Assembly: GCF_016432865.1 (NCBI RefSeq)
Contig: NC_067403.1
Span: 254,014,001-254,078,000 of the forward strand
Direction of reading: 5' to 3'
Source: Antechinus flavipes
Lineage: Eukaryota
DNA length: 64,000 nt
Shown: in pieces, positions 14,905-27,600 of the stretch
Position numbering within the stretch: position 1 is the stretch's first letter
Layout: the number at the start of each line of letters is the position of its first letter
Position numbers and translations under genes: made by a program
The notes under the pieces: generated by a model
What the model saw: only the letters and a program-made list of their open reading frames with translations
Database searches by the model: none
What the model was told of the DNA's origin: nothing

Positions 14905-15340
14905 TAGCTTTTTATTTTTAAAACATATGCATAGTTTTCAACGTTCCCTTGCAAAAGCTTGCATTTCAAATTTTTTTTCTCCCTCTCTTCCCCCCCCCCC
15001 TTCCTTAGATAGCAAGTAATTCAATATAGGCTAAATGTGCAGTTTTTCTATACTTATTTCCACAATTACCATGCTGCACAAGAAAAATCAGATCTAAAAA
15101 AAAAAAAAATGAGCGAAAACAAAATGCAAGCCAACGACAGCAAAAAAAGTGAAAATGCTCTGCTCTGATCCACACTCAGTCCCCATAGTCCTCTGTCTGG
15201 AAGTCCATGGCTCTCTCCATTGGGACTGGCCCAAGTTACCTCACTGATTAAAAGAACCCCGTCTGTCAGAATTGATCGTTGTATAATTTTTTGCCACGTA
15301 CGATGTTCTCTTGGTTCTGCTCACTTCATTCAGTTACATT
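14905..15340 (-). mobile_element. L1 3' UTR fragment (marsupial type)
   Basis: 'agcaagtaattcaatataggctaaatgtgc...catgctgcacaagaaaaatcagatc' is the reverse complement of the L1 3' UTR text also seen on + at 44100-44200. Confidence 0.65.
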
Positions 15341-16519
15341 TACACAGGTTCGTGGCCTAAGAAAGACAAATCTTGAGTCAAGAATGGTTTTATTCTAAGG
15401 GTCTGAAGAGAGAAAAGAAAGGGAGAGTAAAGGAAGGGATTCACTCAGAAGATTCACTGCTTTAGTTGGGGGGCAGTGAGAAGACATAACAGTGAGTGGG
15501 TATCAGATGAACCTCTACAGTGTGTTTGTTCTGTGAGCTACATTTTGTTACTTGGAAAGATTTAAAATGCAACCAGCAAGAGAAAAAACAAACAAAAAAA
15601 CCCCTTCTATGCTGGAGTTAGAATGCTGGGAAAATTTCTTAAAAAGCCTAACTTTTTTTCCTGTGGACTTCAGCTCTGGCCAAGCTGGGGCTACACCAAA
15701 AAATTAGCTAATTACAATTAAAATCACATCTTTCTAGATTCTCCAGAGTTTTAAGAGCAAAACATCTTAGCAAATTCTCAAAACTGGAGAAGTTTGGCAA
15801 GTAATAAGATGGACAAAAAAAAAAAAAATCCTGAAACATTGGGACTAGTTTCCGTTCTGAAAGGGAAAAAACCCAAACCAGGTAATTAGCAACTTTGCAC
15901 TAACTCTTCCTTGATTTCCGTCTTGTCTGAAGCCCCCCTCTCTCCCCCCTCCCCCCCGTCTGCTTTGTTGGGAAAGCATCCCAGAAGGTCCTAAGGGACC
16001 CTCTCTGCTGCACTCCCCGAAGTGGCCCTGAGTGTATCTCAGTTGTGGGGATTGCTAGCCAAGGCCCTCTGTTTGCTAAGCCCCCTTATCTCAGAGATTA
16101 AAATTCAAATTCTGCTCACCCGGAGAAATAGGGTGTTACCCAAATAACTCCCCCCGCCAGCTAGGGGGGATGGGATGGAGTCGGGGTCAGGGTCCACAGT
16201 CAGCATTCCCTGAGCCCTGGCACCTGAAACTACCATCAGCATCCGGGCACCCTAGCTGCTTCCGTCCAGGAAGATTTGGGTACCCCGGCAGCACCCAGAG
16301 AGCCGGTCCGCCTCTGCATTTGGTAAGAGCCCTGTTCTGTCTCAATGATATTAGCTATGAAGTTTGTGGCTCTCTTTTTTTCTCTCTGCCAATTTTCTGA
16401 TTTGTCAAGAGAAATAATAGGTGTTGTGAGGATCACGGGACTGCAAGAGTACTTAGCACAGAACATGCTGTACGAATGTTAACTGCTTTACTGGATATCG
16501 TTGCTTCATAGTTGAAAAC

Positions 16520-16677
16520 TTTATAGGTTGTTTTGTTTTGTTTATTGCTGAGGCAGTTGGGGTTAAGTGACTTGCCCAGGGTCACACAGCCAGCAAGTGC
16601 TAAATGTCTGAGGTCAAATTCGAACTCAGGTCCTCCTGACTTCAGGTGCTCTAGCCACTGCGCCCCCTAGCTGCCCC
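16520..16677 (-). mobile_element. Marsupial SINE, reverse orientation
   Basis: 'gaggcagttggggttaagtgacttgcccagggtcacacagc...tgcgccccctagctgcccc' with a T-rich left flank. Confidence 0.8.
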
Positions 16678-17058
16678 CTCAGAGTTTTACAATTGGGGAA
16701 AGGAATGAGAGAGAACATCTACACCGACTCCAAATATGCTTTCACATTTGCATGCTCAGGGGCTATAGGGAAAGAAAGGGGCCTCTGACAGCAAAACATA
16801 CGTGGGGGGGGGAGGGGAGGGGAAAGAACAGGTTTGTGGGTCCGGCTGCCTGAGCTGCTGCCTGTTTACCCCTGACCATGGCACCTTTACTTCCCCAGAT
16901 GAGGGGAAAAGGGGCTGCATCTGTTCTCTTTCTGGCTGGTTTCTAATCCCAGAGACAAGCCAGCAGGAACTTCTTCCAGCCCCCAGCTCTTGGCAGAGCC
17001 CGGCCTTCACTCCCCAAATAACTCAAAAGGTAGCTGAGACCCTTAAGATTAAATCTCT

Positions 17059-17591
17059 NNNNNNNNNNNNNNNNNNNNNNNNNNNNNNNNNNNNNNNNNN
17101 NNNNNNNNNNNNNNNNNNNNNNNNNNNNNNNNNNNNNNNNNNNNNNNNNNNNNNNNNNNNNNNNNNNNNNNNNNNNNNNNNNNNNNNNNNNNNNNNNNNN
17201 NNNNNNNNNNNNNNNNNNNNNNNNNNNNNNNNNNNNNNNNNNNNNNNNNNNNNNNNNNNNNNNNNNNNNNNNNNNNNNNNNNNNNNNNNNNNNNNNNNNN
17301 NNNNNNNNNNNNNNNNNNNNNNNNNNNNNNNNNNNNNNNNNNNNNNNNNNNNNNNNNNNNNNNNNNNNNNNNNNNNNNNNNNNNNNNNNNNNNNNNNNNN
17401 NNNNNNNNNNNNNNNNNNNNNNNNNNNNNNNNNNNNNNNNNNNNNNNNNNNNNNNNNNNNNNNNNNNNNNNNNNNNNNNNNNNNNNNNNNNNNNNNNNNN
17501 NNNNNNNNNNNNNNNNNNNNNNNNNNNNNNNNNNNNNNNNNNNNNNNNNNNNNNNNNNNNNNNNNNNNNNNNNNNNNNNNNNNNNNNNNNN
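17059..17591. other. Assembly gap (533 N)
   Basis: Run of n characters. Confidence 1.
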
Positions 17592-18187
17592 TGCTTTCTT
17601 TCTTTCTTGTTATTTCCCACTTTTCCCGGCTGGAACCACACTCCAAGGATGAGAGCTCGCTCCCGGTACTTTCTTTCCGGCTCTGTGGGTGTCGCTCCGT
17701 GGCCCTGCCAGGGAGGCGCTAACTCCTTGTCTTTAGTCTGGCCGGGGAGCCCCGTGGGCAGTGGGGCCTTCAGGATTGCCGGCTGTGCCTCCGGCGCCCC
17801 CACGTGGGACAGCATCGGCGAAGGCCCCATTCTGAACGTCACCATCCCCGCCCAGGCTGCCCCCCGTTTGTACTAGCCCCGCCCCCGGGAACAGCTGTCA
17901 CCTCCCTCCTGTTCTCTTGCCAGAAGGGGCCTCTTACCCACATAATCACTGGAGGACAAACACTCCAGGATTCACTCCTAACGCTCCCCCACCACCTGCC
18001 CCAGAGCTTCTTCATAACCTGAGGAGCCAAAGTGCAGAGCGCAGAATGCAACTTTATACAGACCCTAACCAGACGCCCCGCCCCCCTTCCCTATTGGCTG
18101 GGGAGTTCTAATTTACCAGAGCCCAGAAACGAGCACACTCTTTACTGTCTTAAATACTTAAGTGCTGATGAAAAGGAGTGGGGGGGA

Positions 18188-18346
18188 GGGGCCGCTAGGT
18201 GGCGCAGTGGATGGATGGGGCACCAGCCCTGGACTCAGGAGGACCTGAATTCAAATCCGACCTAAACACTGAACACTTAACACTTCCTGGCTGTGTGACC
18301 CTGGGCAAGTCACTTAACCCCCATTATCTCAGGGGGAAAAAAAAAG
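18188..18346 (+). mobile_element. Marsupial SINE
   Basis: ggggccgctaggtggcgcagtggat..aggaggacctgaattcaaatcc..ctggctgtgtgaccctgggcaagtcacttaacccc followed by an A-run. Confidence 0.85.
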
Positions 18347-19676
18347 GGTGTGTGTGGAGACTGGAGGAAATGTTTACCTAAGATAATGGAACACCCGCAG
18401 CTTTTAACCAGGACTCAACTTGTTACTGCAAAGTCTCAAGTCCCAACCAGGGCCTGGGGGAGGCCGTGTCCTTGTGAGAGGTCTTCACTCAGTTTATCCC
18501 GTTTAGGAAAGACCCCATGAGGGGCGGGGCGCCAGGGGGCGGGACCCAGAGGTGCTCAGCGTCAATGGCCAGAGCCACATGCTGATTTATAGGGAAAACT
18601 GAGCCTGAGAGACTTGCCATGACTGGGATCCCGGACTGGATTAACCCCCTCCTCCCCCTCCCCCAGGCTGGGACCGACGCACTAAACTGATCCGTCAGCG
18701 CCTTCTTGCCCCTGCCCCAGGGAACACTTTTGTCAATGCCCAGGTTGTCTCCGGGCACCTTTCTGGGCCCCATCCGTGCCACCGCCTTGCTTAGCTGTGT
18801 TTGCTCGAGCCCCTGAGGTTATTTTCAAGTAAAATCAAATCAAAGCTCTCTGTAAGCTGTGGTGGATGCTTCAGGTCGAATGAATTAGAACCAAATCTTA
18901 CTCTATTTAAAAAAAATAGAACGTTCTTGACAATTAGGCTGATGTTCCCTGTCCTGGTCGCCTTTTCCCACTTGGCAGCCTCCGCTGACCAAATGTTAGT
19001 TCTTCTCTGCTGGATTCTTATCCCACTGCCCTGCGAGAGCGCCATGCTGGGAGAATCCTGCTTCCAACGGGATTCCCACATGTTCCACCCAAGGATGAAG
19101 ACTTAGAGAAAGGCCTGACCCGGTGACTTGTACAGAGCAAGATACGGAGCCACTGATCCAAGCACCAGGTCGAGAACAGGGTGAAAGGGACTAATGAGTT
19201 AGTTAATATGAACTCCCCAAAGGAGGGATTTTCCGCCATTTTTTGTCCGGGGGGGGGGGAAGGGGGGGACGAGGAACATGTGATAGGCGGACCACAAAGT
19301 CTGTGCCCTTTGTTGTCATCAGTGCGTGTTATCCATGGGGGTGAAACTGCTTGTCGTGATTCCCTGGGGTGGGTTTTTTGCAGATGGAAGGATTCAAGGA
19401 CACTTTCTTCTTCAAGGAGTTTCTACTCATGGCCCTCCTCAAGTCAGAGACAGAGTTTCGGGGAAGTCCCACCCCAGGGGCAGACCCTCAGCCCCCCGAC
19501 TCCTAGACTGCCGCAGTAGTCATGCAGGTGGAGGTGTGTGTGGGGGTGCTCCAGCCTTCAAAGGAATCTTCCTAAACCCCAGGGGTGCTCACTCCCCTGC
19601 TCAATAAACTCCAGTGGCTCCCTAGTCCCTCCGGGAAGGTGCCTCATGCATTAGCTGCAACCCAGGGCTCAGACCT

Positions 19677-20101
19677 TGTTAGGATTCTTACAAGGCTCTG
19701 AGTAAGTGGAATCGAGACAATGGCTAAATCTGGTTTAGCAGTGATTGAATCCGACAACAAATAATGGTTCCCTAGTGATAGAATGATTGGTTTGGACTCA
19801 GCGCGGGACACATAAGGAGGAGCTCTCAGGGCCAGAAGAGACAGATGCACTAGAAGCTCTCGGAGCCTCAGCCAGGATTCAGTCGAGGACATTCAGAAGC
19901 CAAAAAAGGCAGCTTAAGCTCTGGGAACCAAGGCTACAGAAGGCCGCTAAGAAAAAGGAGCTGAGCCCCAAGTGAAGGAGGCAATAAAGGATTTGGACTT
20001 TAACTCCTGGCTGCCTTGGGGGTGATTACACTGAACTGAACCGAAGGCTGCCTCCAGAAGCCCCCAAGAAACCTGCTCCCAGAGATTACATTTTAGAGAA
20101 T
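19677..20101 (+). mobile_element. Solo LTR-like element (same family as 45146-45610)
   Basis: Starts TGTTAGG. Shares a 32-nt identical block (aataaaggatttggactttaactcctggctgc) and the downstream aggctgcctccagaa..ccccaagaaacctg..ttttagaga with the 45 kb copy. Possible TSD agacct at 19671-19676 and 20102-20107. Confidence 0.6.
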
Positions 20102-20113
20102 AGACCTCATCTT

Positions 20114-20238
20114 GGGGCAGCTAGGGGGCGCAGTGGACAGAGCACCAGCCGTGAAGTCAGGAGGACCCGAGTTCAAATCGGGCCTCAGACACTTAACACT
20201 TCCTGGCTGTGTGACTCTGGGCAAGTCACTTAAAAAAA
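20114..20238 (+). mobile_element. Marsupial SINE
   Basis: ggggcagctagggggcgcagtggacagagcaccagcc..gtcaggaggacccgagttcaaat..gcaagtcactt followed by A7. Confidence 0.85.
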
Positions 20239-20659
20239 GACTTCTTTTCCGGCTCTGGGAATACGTGCCTTAGTGTCAAACTGAGAAAACATCCCATCAG
20301 TCCCATTCACGGGGGTTTGGCATAACTTGGATTTTTGATTGGAGACCTCCCCGGGGGATGGAGGGGAGGGGGCATGGGGTGTGGAGGTGGGGGTGGGGCC
20401 ACGAAGTTAAACTCATCTGCCCTGGGCGGGGGGAGGGGGGAGTCCATTCTTTAGTTTCTCGGTCCCCCGCCCCATTCAGGACCTCATCAACCCCACCTCC
20501 AAGCTGGAGCCAAGGATTTCACAATCATTGGAAGTACCCCTGCTCTCCTGTTCCCACCCCAGGGGCAGACCCTCAGCCCCCACTCCTAGACTGCCGCAGT
20601 AGTCATGCAGGCGGAGGTGTGTGGGGTGCTCCAGCCTTCAAAGAAATCTTCCTAAAACC

Positions 20660-21060
20660 CAGGGGTGATCACTCCCCTGCTCAATAAACTCCAGTGGCTC
20701 CCTAGTCCCTCCAGGAGCACATACAAGATGCGGTGTGACCCAGAGCCCTTCATAGCTGCCCTTTCCGAAGACTTACACCGGACCCCGCGGCCCCCTCCCA
20801 TTCAGTCGGCCCATTCTCTTGGAAGCAATGATCACGCTCTGCTTCCTTACTTTCCACTGACCTTGGCTCCCTCGAGTCCCAACCAAACCCCCACTTCCTA
20901 CAAGAAGCCTCCGGTGCTTAATCGGGGCTAATGATCCCGTGTCCCGCCTACAGCCAGAGCGCTTTGCATTTGTGCGCATGCGGTCTTCCCTCATCGAGGA
21001 CGCGCGTCCCGAGCGCTGAGCGGGGCCGGGCACACAATAGGAACTTAATAAACGTCCTAC
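20660..21060 (+). mobile_element. Degraded L2 3' fragment
   Basis: Begins tcactcccctgctcaataaactccagtggctccct and ends gggcacacaataggaacttaataaac, both typical of L2. Confidence 0.55.
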
Positions 21061-21229
21061 TGCATTGCATGGGATCGAAGGGGCAGCTCCCAGGATGGGG
21101 AAGGCGCGCAAAGACAAGCGATAGGAACAGCATCCCAAAAAGTGCTCCTAAATGCGGGCGGGTGGAGGATGGGGGAGCTGGAGGAACACCGGGGGGACAA
21201 AAGGAGGTCCGAGGGGAGAGGCGGGAGGA

Positions 21230-21456
21230 AAACCCCGGGGCTCCTTTAAGGGGCTGGCGTCACGTGACGCCTCCCGACATCATGGCTCCCCCAGTGTCTG
21301 TCCACGTGACCCACGGTCTGGGCGGGGTTTCGAGCTACGTTCGCGGATTGGTCGGGAGTCGGGAGAAGGCGGGGTCAGCCTCAGTGAGAGGGAATTGAGA
21401 CCGGGCAAGGCAGCCGGAGCTGGAGTTGCCGCCGCCGTCGCCGCCGCCAACCTCGG
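21230..21456 (+). promoter_or_regulatory. TAF6L promoter and non-coding exon 1
   Basis: CpG-rich. Perfect 16-bp palindrome GGCGTCACGTGACGCC at 21256-21271, second CACGTGAC at ~21303, (GCC)n leader and donor CGG|GTAAGT at 21456/21457. Confidence 0.7.
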
Positions 21457-24400
21457 GTAAGTCCCGCTGCGGACCGCGCCGCGCTCCACGCGTGGTCTCC
21501 GAACTTCGTCGGGCCAGGGGTCTCACCATTTCCCCCTCCCCATCGCCGGGGACCCCCGGGCCGTGGGCATCCTGACTTCGCCTGGCCCCGCCTCCTCGCC
21601 CTGGGGTCAGAGGCCGATGCCTTTCATAGGCTCAAGCTTGAGCGTTGGGCGGGATCTCAGAGGTCATCATCTTCTCGCCTCTTATTTTACTGGTCGGGAA
21701 ACTGAGGTCCTCGCAGTTGAAGAGACTCCCCAGTGGCCGCCAGGGGGCACCACTATCACCGAGCTCCTTACCGGGAGTTTGCAAGAACTGAGTTCGAACT
21801 CAGCCTCGGACTCTGGCAAAACCCTTCATTCACCCCTGCCTCAGTTTCTTCGCTTGTGAAATGGGGATTCTGGGAGCTGCCGCTGGGAGCAACGGATAGA
21901 GTCTAACCCAGGCCTTTGCAGCCCGAGGGTGGGTCGGGGTGCCCCGGGGGACCCCACGCTTTCTAGGAGTTTGGTCCGGTGGGAGGGGTCCCAGCCTGAG
22001 TCAGATCCCAGGCGGGGCGGGAGAGAAGGGAAAGGGTGGCAGGTCCTGCGTGGGCGGGAGCCTCCTTTCCCGCTTCCTGTGGGGTCCCAGCCTTGAAGGG
22101 AGGGGCGGACGTGTCCAGAGCCTCTCCTGGAAAGGTTTTCCCGCGTGCGTGGGGGCGCTCCGTGGGGGCGGGGCCTTCTGTGGAGCCCAAGAAATGAAGC
22201 CACTTCCTGAGGCTGCCAGGCGGTGTGCACTTATTAAGCGCCTCCTGAATGCCAAGCTGTGCTGAGCGCGGGAGGAAAAAAGGAACAGGCCCCGCCCTCC
22301 AGGTAAATACCCGGCCGGCCTCAGCCGTCACACGACCCTAGTGCGGCCAGGAAGGTCAGAAGCGGCAGCGCCCAGGAGGAGACTGCGCAGAAAGGAGAGC
22401 CTCGGGGGCTTGGGGGCCAGTGGTCACTGGAGCAGAGGAGTGTGGGGGATGGGGGGCAGGTCACAGGCTGGAGCCCCACCCCCTCAGGTACCCCCGGCGA
22501 TGTCCGAGTAGACAAGGGGCGTCTTGGAGAGAGGCTGCAGAAGCGCGCCGGGAGGAGGCGGGTTGGGGGGCAAGCTGACGATCTCCACTGCGGACCCCGT
22601 GTGAGATGCCTTCGTCCGCTGCGGGCGTTGTGGTCTGGGGGAGAATGGGTGGGGTTCTGCTCCCCCAGAGAAGAGTGGGTCTGGGAGCGGAGGGCAGTCC
22701 GCAGTGGCCGCGAGGCCTCCGAGAAGCCTCTGGTACTTGGATCTCCCCTTCCTCGGGTGCTCCCGGCCCCCTCCCCCGCAGCCGGGGCCTGGGACAAGGC
22801 TCCTGTGTCTCACAGGCCTCCCCAGGGGCCGAACCAGATGAAAATGTAATTGGGAAATATTTTCACAAAATGGGCCCCAGTTCCCCAAAGATGCAGCGGG
22901 CCGAGCCCCTTCCTCCCGGGGTGATTGGCAGGTGCGACTTTCTGCTGGTCGTTCCATCCAGACTGAGGAGTTACTCCAGGCACTGTGACCCCCAGGGGCT
23001 TCCCAAAAGGTCAGTGACGCAGCAGGTCCACCGAAGGACTCTTACTCGCGTGGGGACCGTAACGATATGGCTGAGGCAGGACTCGCACCCAGGGCTCTCA
23101 GATTAAGTCCGGACTCCTTCCCTCTGCGAAGATGGCATTTGTAGAAATTGAATCTCTTGGGGGCCATATCTGAGGGTAAAACCCAAGTCCGGCGGGGTCC
23201 TCGCTGTCGGGGTGCCCGGAATGTTCTTCTGGGGACCAGGAGGGACCTCAGCTCCTGCCTAAATGCAGAATGAAGGAAGGAAGGAGCAGCGTCAGGGTCT
23301 CACTCGGCACGGCTGCCAGTGTGCCAGGGCCAGGGGTCTGGAGGGGGATGAGGTGCCCGTGGCCATTCCCGGGGGAAGGGCACCTCGCTTTCCCCCTGCT
23401 TCCCCCAGTGAGAACTAGAATGTGAGTGGGGGGCGGGAGCTGTCACAGCATCCCCAGGCCCACTGCTGCGGATGGGGCCCGGCACCTGGCACTCGGAGCC
23501 TCCCGGGGCTGGTCAATCCTGGCACGTGGCCCTTCGTGGGGCTTGAGGGGTGTCGATGCCCCCAGCAGAGGTCATGCCCCAGCAGCCAGAGGCAGGGGAG
23601 GGGGGGAGAGGGGGAGGGTCAGCAGTGCTCTTTGTCCTTCCTGCTCCTTTGAAGGCAGATTTGTAGCCCTGTGGAAGGCCTATAGTCGGCTGGCCTTGAA
23701 GCTGCAGAGAGTGGGGTTGTGGGAAATGGGGCCGGACTTGGAGCTTGGGGGGCTCTGGAGCAAGGCCAGTGGCTTTGATTTGACTGGTCTCTTAGTGGTT
23801 TTTATTTGATGCATCAGAGTTTCTGGACATCCTCCCACCCCGAGTGATCCCATATAACCAGAAAGAAAAACCAGAGGAAAAATCAGCTTGACTGGTCAAG
23901 GCCCTGAATAAGGCTTCTACTGAAAACTCAAAAACAAGAGCCTCTGCTCTGATGAGGTGGGCTCAGTCTGGTCTGGCTCTCCGGGACCGATGGGGGTTTC
24001 TTGGCAGAGGTCACAGGGCGGGAAACCGAGGCAGACGGTGGGAAGTGACTTGCGCAGGATCACGCAGCTAGTACGCTCGCGCTGCTCTGAACTCAATGCT
24101 CTCGACCCCAGGCCTGACGTTCGCCCGGCTGCCCTCATGGGCCTCGCCCCTTTGCAGGCTCCCCTGGGTTTGTGGGTGATGCGATCTGGACCCGGGCTTG
24201 GTGACCCCCGATCCCGGAGAGTGAGGACGGCAAGGGGCCTGCTCTCTCGGAGCCCGCTGTGCGACCTGGGCGGCTGTCACAGGCAGACCGCTTGGTCAAT
24301 AGTAGTAGCACACAGTAGGCCCTTTGTAAGTGTTTGTTCTCCCTTCTCCATCCTAGGGTTGCTGTGGGCGGCTCTGGCAAGTTGCAGAGAAAAGGCCACT

Positions 24401-24625
24401 GACCCTGCTTTGAAATCTGGCTCTCCCCTGCAGTCTCGGTATGGGCTTTGTCCTTCTCCCCTAAAACGAAGGGCCCCCTCAGCTCGGAGCTGCCACGCAG
24501 GGCCCGGGGGCTGTGCTTCTGGAGCCCCCCGCCCAGTGTGGATGTTGTGTCATTCCAGACCGGAGGCAGAGGAGCGCTTGGGAGCCCCGGGGAGGCCCTC
24601 GTGGCCGTCCCAGCCTCCCGAAGCC

Positions 24626-27600
24626 ATGTCCGAGCGAGAGGAGCGGCGCTTCGTGGAGATCCCCCGGGAGTCGGTCCGGCTCATGGCCGAAAGTGCCGGG
24701 CTGGAGCTGAGCGACGAGGTGGCCGCGCTCCTGGCCGAGGACGTCTGCTACCGGCTCAGGGAGGCCACCCAGGTGGGTCCCACGGGGCCGGGGAGGAGCC
24801 TGGCTGCCCGCAGCCCTTTCTGGGGTCCCCGGTCTGACGCTTCCTTTGTTCTAACTAACCGCAGAACAGCTCCCAGTTCATGAAGCACACCAAAAGGCGG
24901 AAGCTGACAGTCGAGGACTTCAACCGGGCCCTGAGGTGGAGCAATGTGGAGGTGAGGTCAGAACCGGGTCGGGCCAGGGGCCAGGTCTGCCATTGGAGAT
25001 CTCCTTTTCTTCCTCCTCCTCCTCCTCCTCTTCTTCTTCCTCCTCCTTCTACTTCTTCCTTCTCCTCCTCCTACTACTTCTTCTTTTTCTTCTTCCTCCT
25101 CCTCCTCCTCCTCTCAAGCTTGTAAGGAACCTTATTGTGACACAGAATCAGGAATTCCTATAATCGTGGACTCCCACTTATGGTGCAGTCAGGGAAAACT
25201 CCATGGAAAATCTAGGCCTTAGCTTTGTATACAGTAGGTGCTCCTTAAGTACCCAGTGGGGTAGAGGACACTTTGGGACTGGTTAAGGAGTAAGTGTGAG
25301 GGGAATCGTGAGAAGTGTAGGTGATGCATCGGGGGGCCCCAGGAGCCCCTGCAATCTGAGCTCCCCTGCCCAAAGCCAGTTTCTTCCTGGGACTCCCGGC
25401 CCCTGGGATCAGCTTTCGGGATGGGCTTGACGCAGACCCGGCCCTCTCCCTCCCAGGCGGTGTGTGGCTATGGCTCCCAGGAGACGCTGCCCCTGCGCCC
25501 CGCCAGGGAGGGCGACCTCTACTTCCCCGAGGACCGAGAGGTGAACCTGGTGGAGCTGGCGCTGGCCACCAACATTCCCAAGGGCTGCCCTGAGACGGCT
25601 GTGAGAGGTGGGAGCCCCGGGGCCGGCCCAGGGGAGAGGGGGACCCCGGGGGGGCAGGGGCGCGAGTGGGGCCTGCGCTGACTGCTGCCCTGGTCTTTCT
25701 CCAGTTCACGTCTCCTATCTGGACGGCAAAGGAAACGTGGAGCCTCAGGGATCGGGTAAGGGGGAGAACGCTTTGGGTTTTTGAAGATTCCTAAATACTG
25801 CGTTTGTCTTAATCAGCCACAATCCACCTCCTCGTGTCTCCAGGCCAGCCTCCCTCCCAGCAGAGGGCTCAAGAAACACAAAACCCAGGACAGAAATCCC
25901 GAGTCAGTGGGAGCTGTTTCTGCCTGGCTGGGGACCCCCCTCCCCCCAAGCTACTATGGTCAAACACTTCGTTCTTAAGCACTTCCTCTCCTCTGACCCG
26001 GGCTCTGCCCATCATTCCCCTCCTTCTCTGGCACAGACTCGAGGGGCCTTTCTGCTCAGCCTCAGTCCAGTTGGCAGGAATTCGAGCCAGAATAGAATGT
26101 CCCCCTCTCTTAAAAGATGAAGTTCTTATTAAGGAAGGTCAGGAAGTCGTCAGCCAAGAGAGAACAGTCGGCAGTACCAGGCTCTGTGATGGCACAAGAC
26201 CCCTCTGGTGGGACTAGGCCCCCCAGGCCCGACTTCTGGTCAGCTCCTGCTTTCCTCATCTGTCCCCACTTTCTGGGCCTTGTAGGAAATCCCCTCCCTA
26301 GGAGGTCTGCCAACTCAGATGGGCCTTTGCTCCTCATTCTTATCGTTCCTGTTGATTCCCCTGCAGTGCCCAGTGCCGTCTCCTCACTGACCGATGACCT
26401 GCTCAAGTACTACCAGCAAGTGACCCGAGCCGTGCTGGGGGATGACCCGCAGCTCATGAAGGTCAGGCCTGCTAGGTTTCCTTTAAGGCACTCCTCCTCC
26501 CCCCTCACAGCCCAATGTGAGGCCTGCTCAGCAGCAACCCCTCCCCCACAGCAACCCCCATTTCCCAGACTCTTTTGGACAGTGGGCATCCTCCCTGCCC
26601 CCTACAGACCTCCCCCTGTTCTGGGATGGGAACAGAGCCCCCATGCCTTCCAGCCTCCTCGGCCTCCACTACTTTATTTGGGCTCCTCTCAGTTCCCAGC
26701 TTCCTTTTGTTTTTCCTGCTTTCCTTCCCGACGCCTGCCCTTGGCCTGAGCTGCAGTAACGGGGTGTGATGTGTTCTGCCCCCTGCACCTTGAGTCCTAG
26801 GGTGTGGAGGTGGGGAGCCTGGGATGGACATGACCCAGAGTGGTCCCTTTTCTTACTGGCCTGTACCCAGGTGGGGGTGACACCTTCCCTGGCTCCCTTC
26901 ATCGAGCTTGCATCTGTCCCTGTTGCATCTCTATGGGCCTTCAGGATTGACAAGTTACTGTTGAGTCGGGTACTGGGTACTACAAGTATTATGGTACCCA
27001 CTTAACTGAGGGGAAAACGGAAACTTGCCCAGTTACACAACTAGTGTAGCTGAACTGATGCTCGGCTAAGGGGACTTTTTTTTTTTTTAAATAACTTGAC
27101 AGAACCCACGCCTGGGTAATTTTTTACATTATCCCTTATACTCACTTCGGTTCCGATTTTTCCCCTCCCTCCCTCCACCCCCTCCCCCAGATGGCAAGCA
27201 GTTAAGACTTTCCTAGTCATCCCCAGGGGGCTGTGATGGAACAGGGTGTTGCTACCAGTCCAGGCCGCTAGGCGTGTTCCTCAGTTCTTAAAGGGTTTCC
27301 TCACGACCCCCTAACAGGGCCCCTCTCTCCTGAAAAAGTCGAGGCTTGGGGTTTTGCTTAACCTCTGTAGGGGCCTGGGCTGAGGGATGCTGTTGCTGGA
27401 CCAAGGGGTGTGCTGGGGGAGGGGCAGCGGATCTAGACAGCTCTGGGGCCTTGGGCAAGGGGCCTCTGCCGCCTCCATTTTACCAGGGGAGGGGGAGCTT
27501 TGGCCATAGAAGGCTCACCTTTACCTCCTGTGCCTCCAGGTGGCCCTTCAGGACCTGCAGACAAACTCCAAGATTGCAGCCCTGTTGCCCTATTTTGTGT

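Larger units (their letters stand above)
19468..20712 (+). repeat. Direct repeat pair of about 160-165 bp (19468-19632 and 20553-20712)
   Basis: Both copies read cccaccccaggggcagaccctcagcccc..actcctagactgccgcagtagtcatgcagg..ccagccttcaa..tcactcccctgctcaataaactccagtggctccctagtccctcc with only a few substitutions or indels. Confidence 0.9.

Noticed and set aside
17792-17810. CGGCGCCCCCACGTGGGAC resembles a tRNA-Lys primer-binding site just after the gap
   Set aside because: The match is imperfect (indel plus mismatches), no LTR end (CA) directly precedes it, and no gag-like ORF follows. The gap prevents a firm call.
16802-17845. ORFs of 207-306 aa spanning 17059-17591
   Set aside because: Artefacts of the N gap.
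23957-24625. 223-codon open frame upstream of and in frame with the TAF6L ATG
   Set aside because: It lies in intron 1, a good acceptor at 24613/24614 precedes the conserved MSEREERRF start, and it contains L2/MIR-like sequence.
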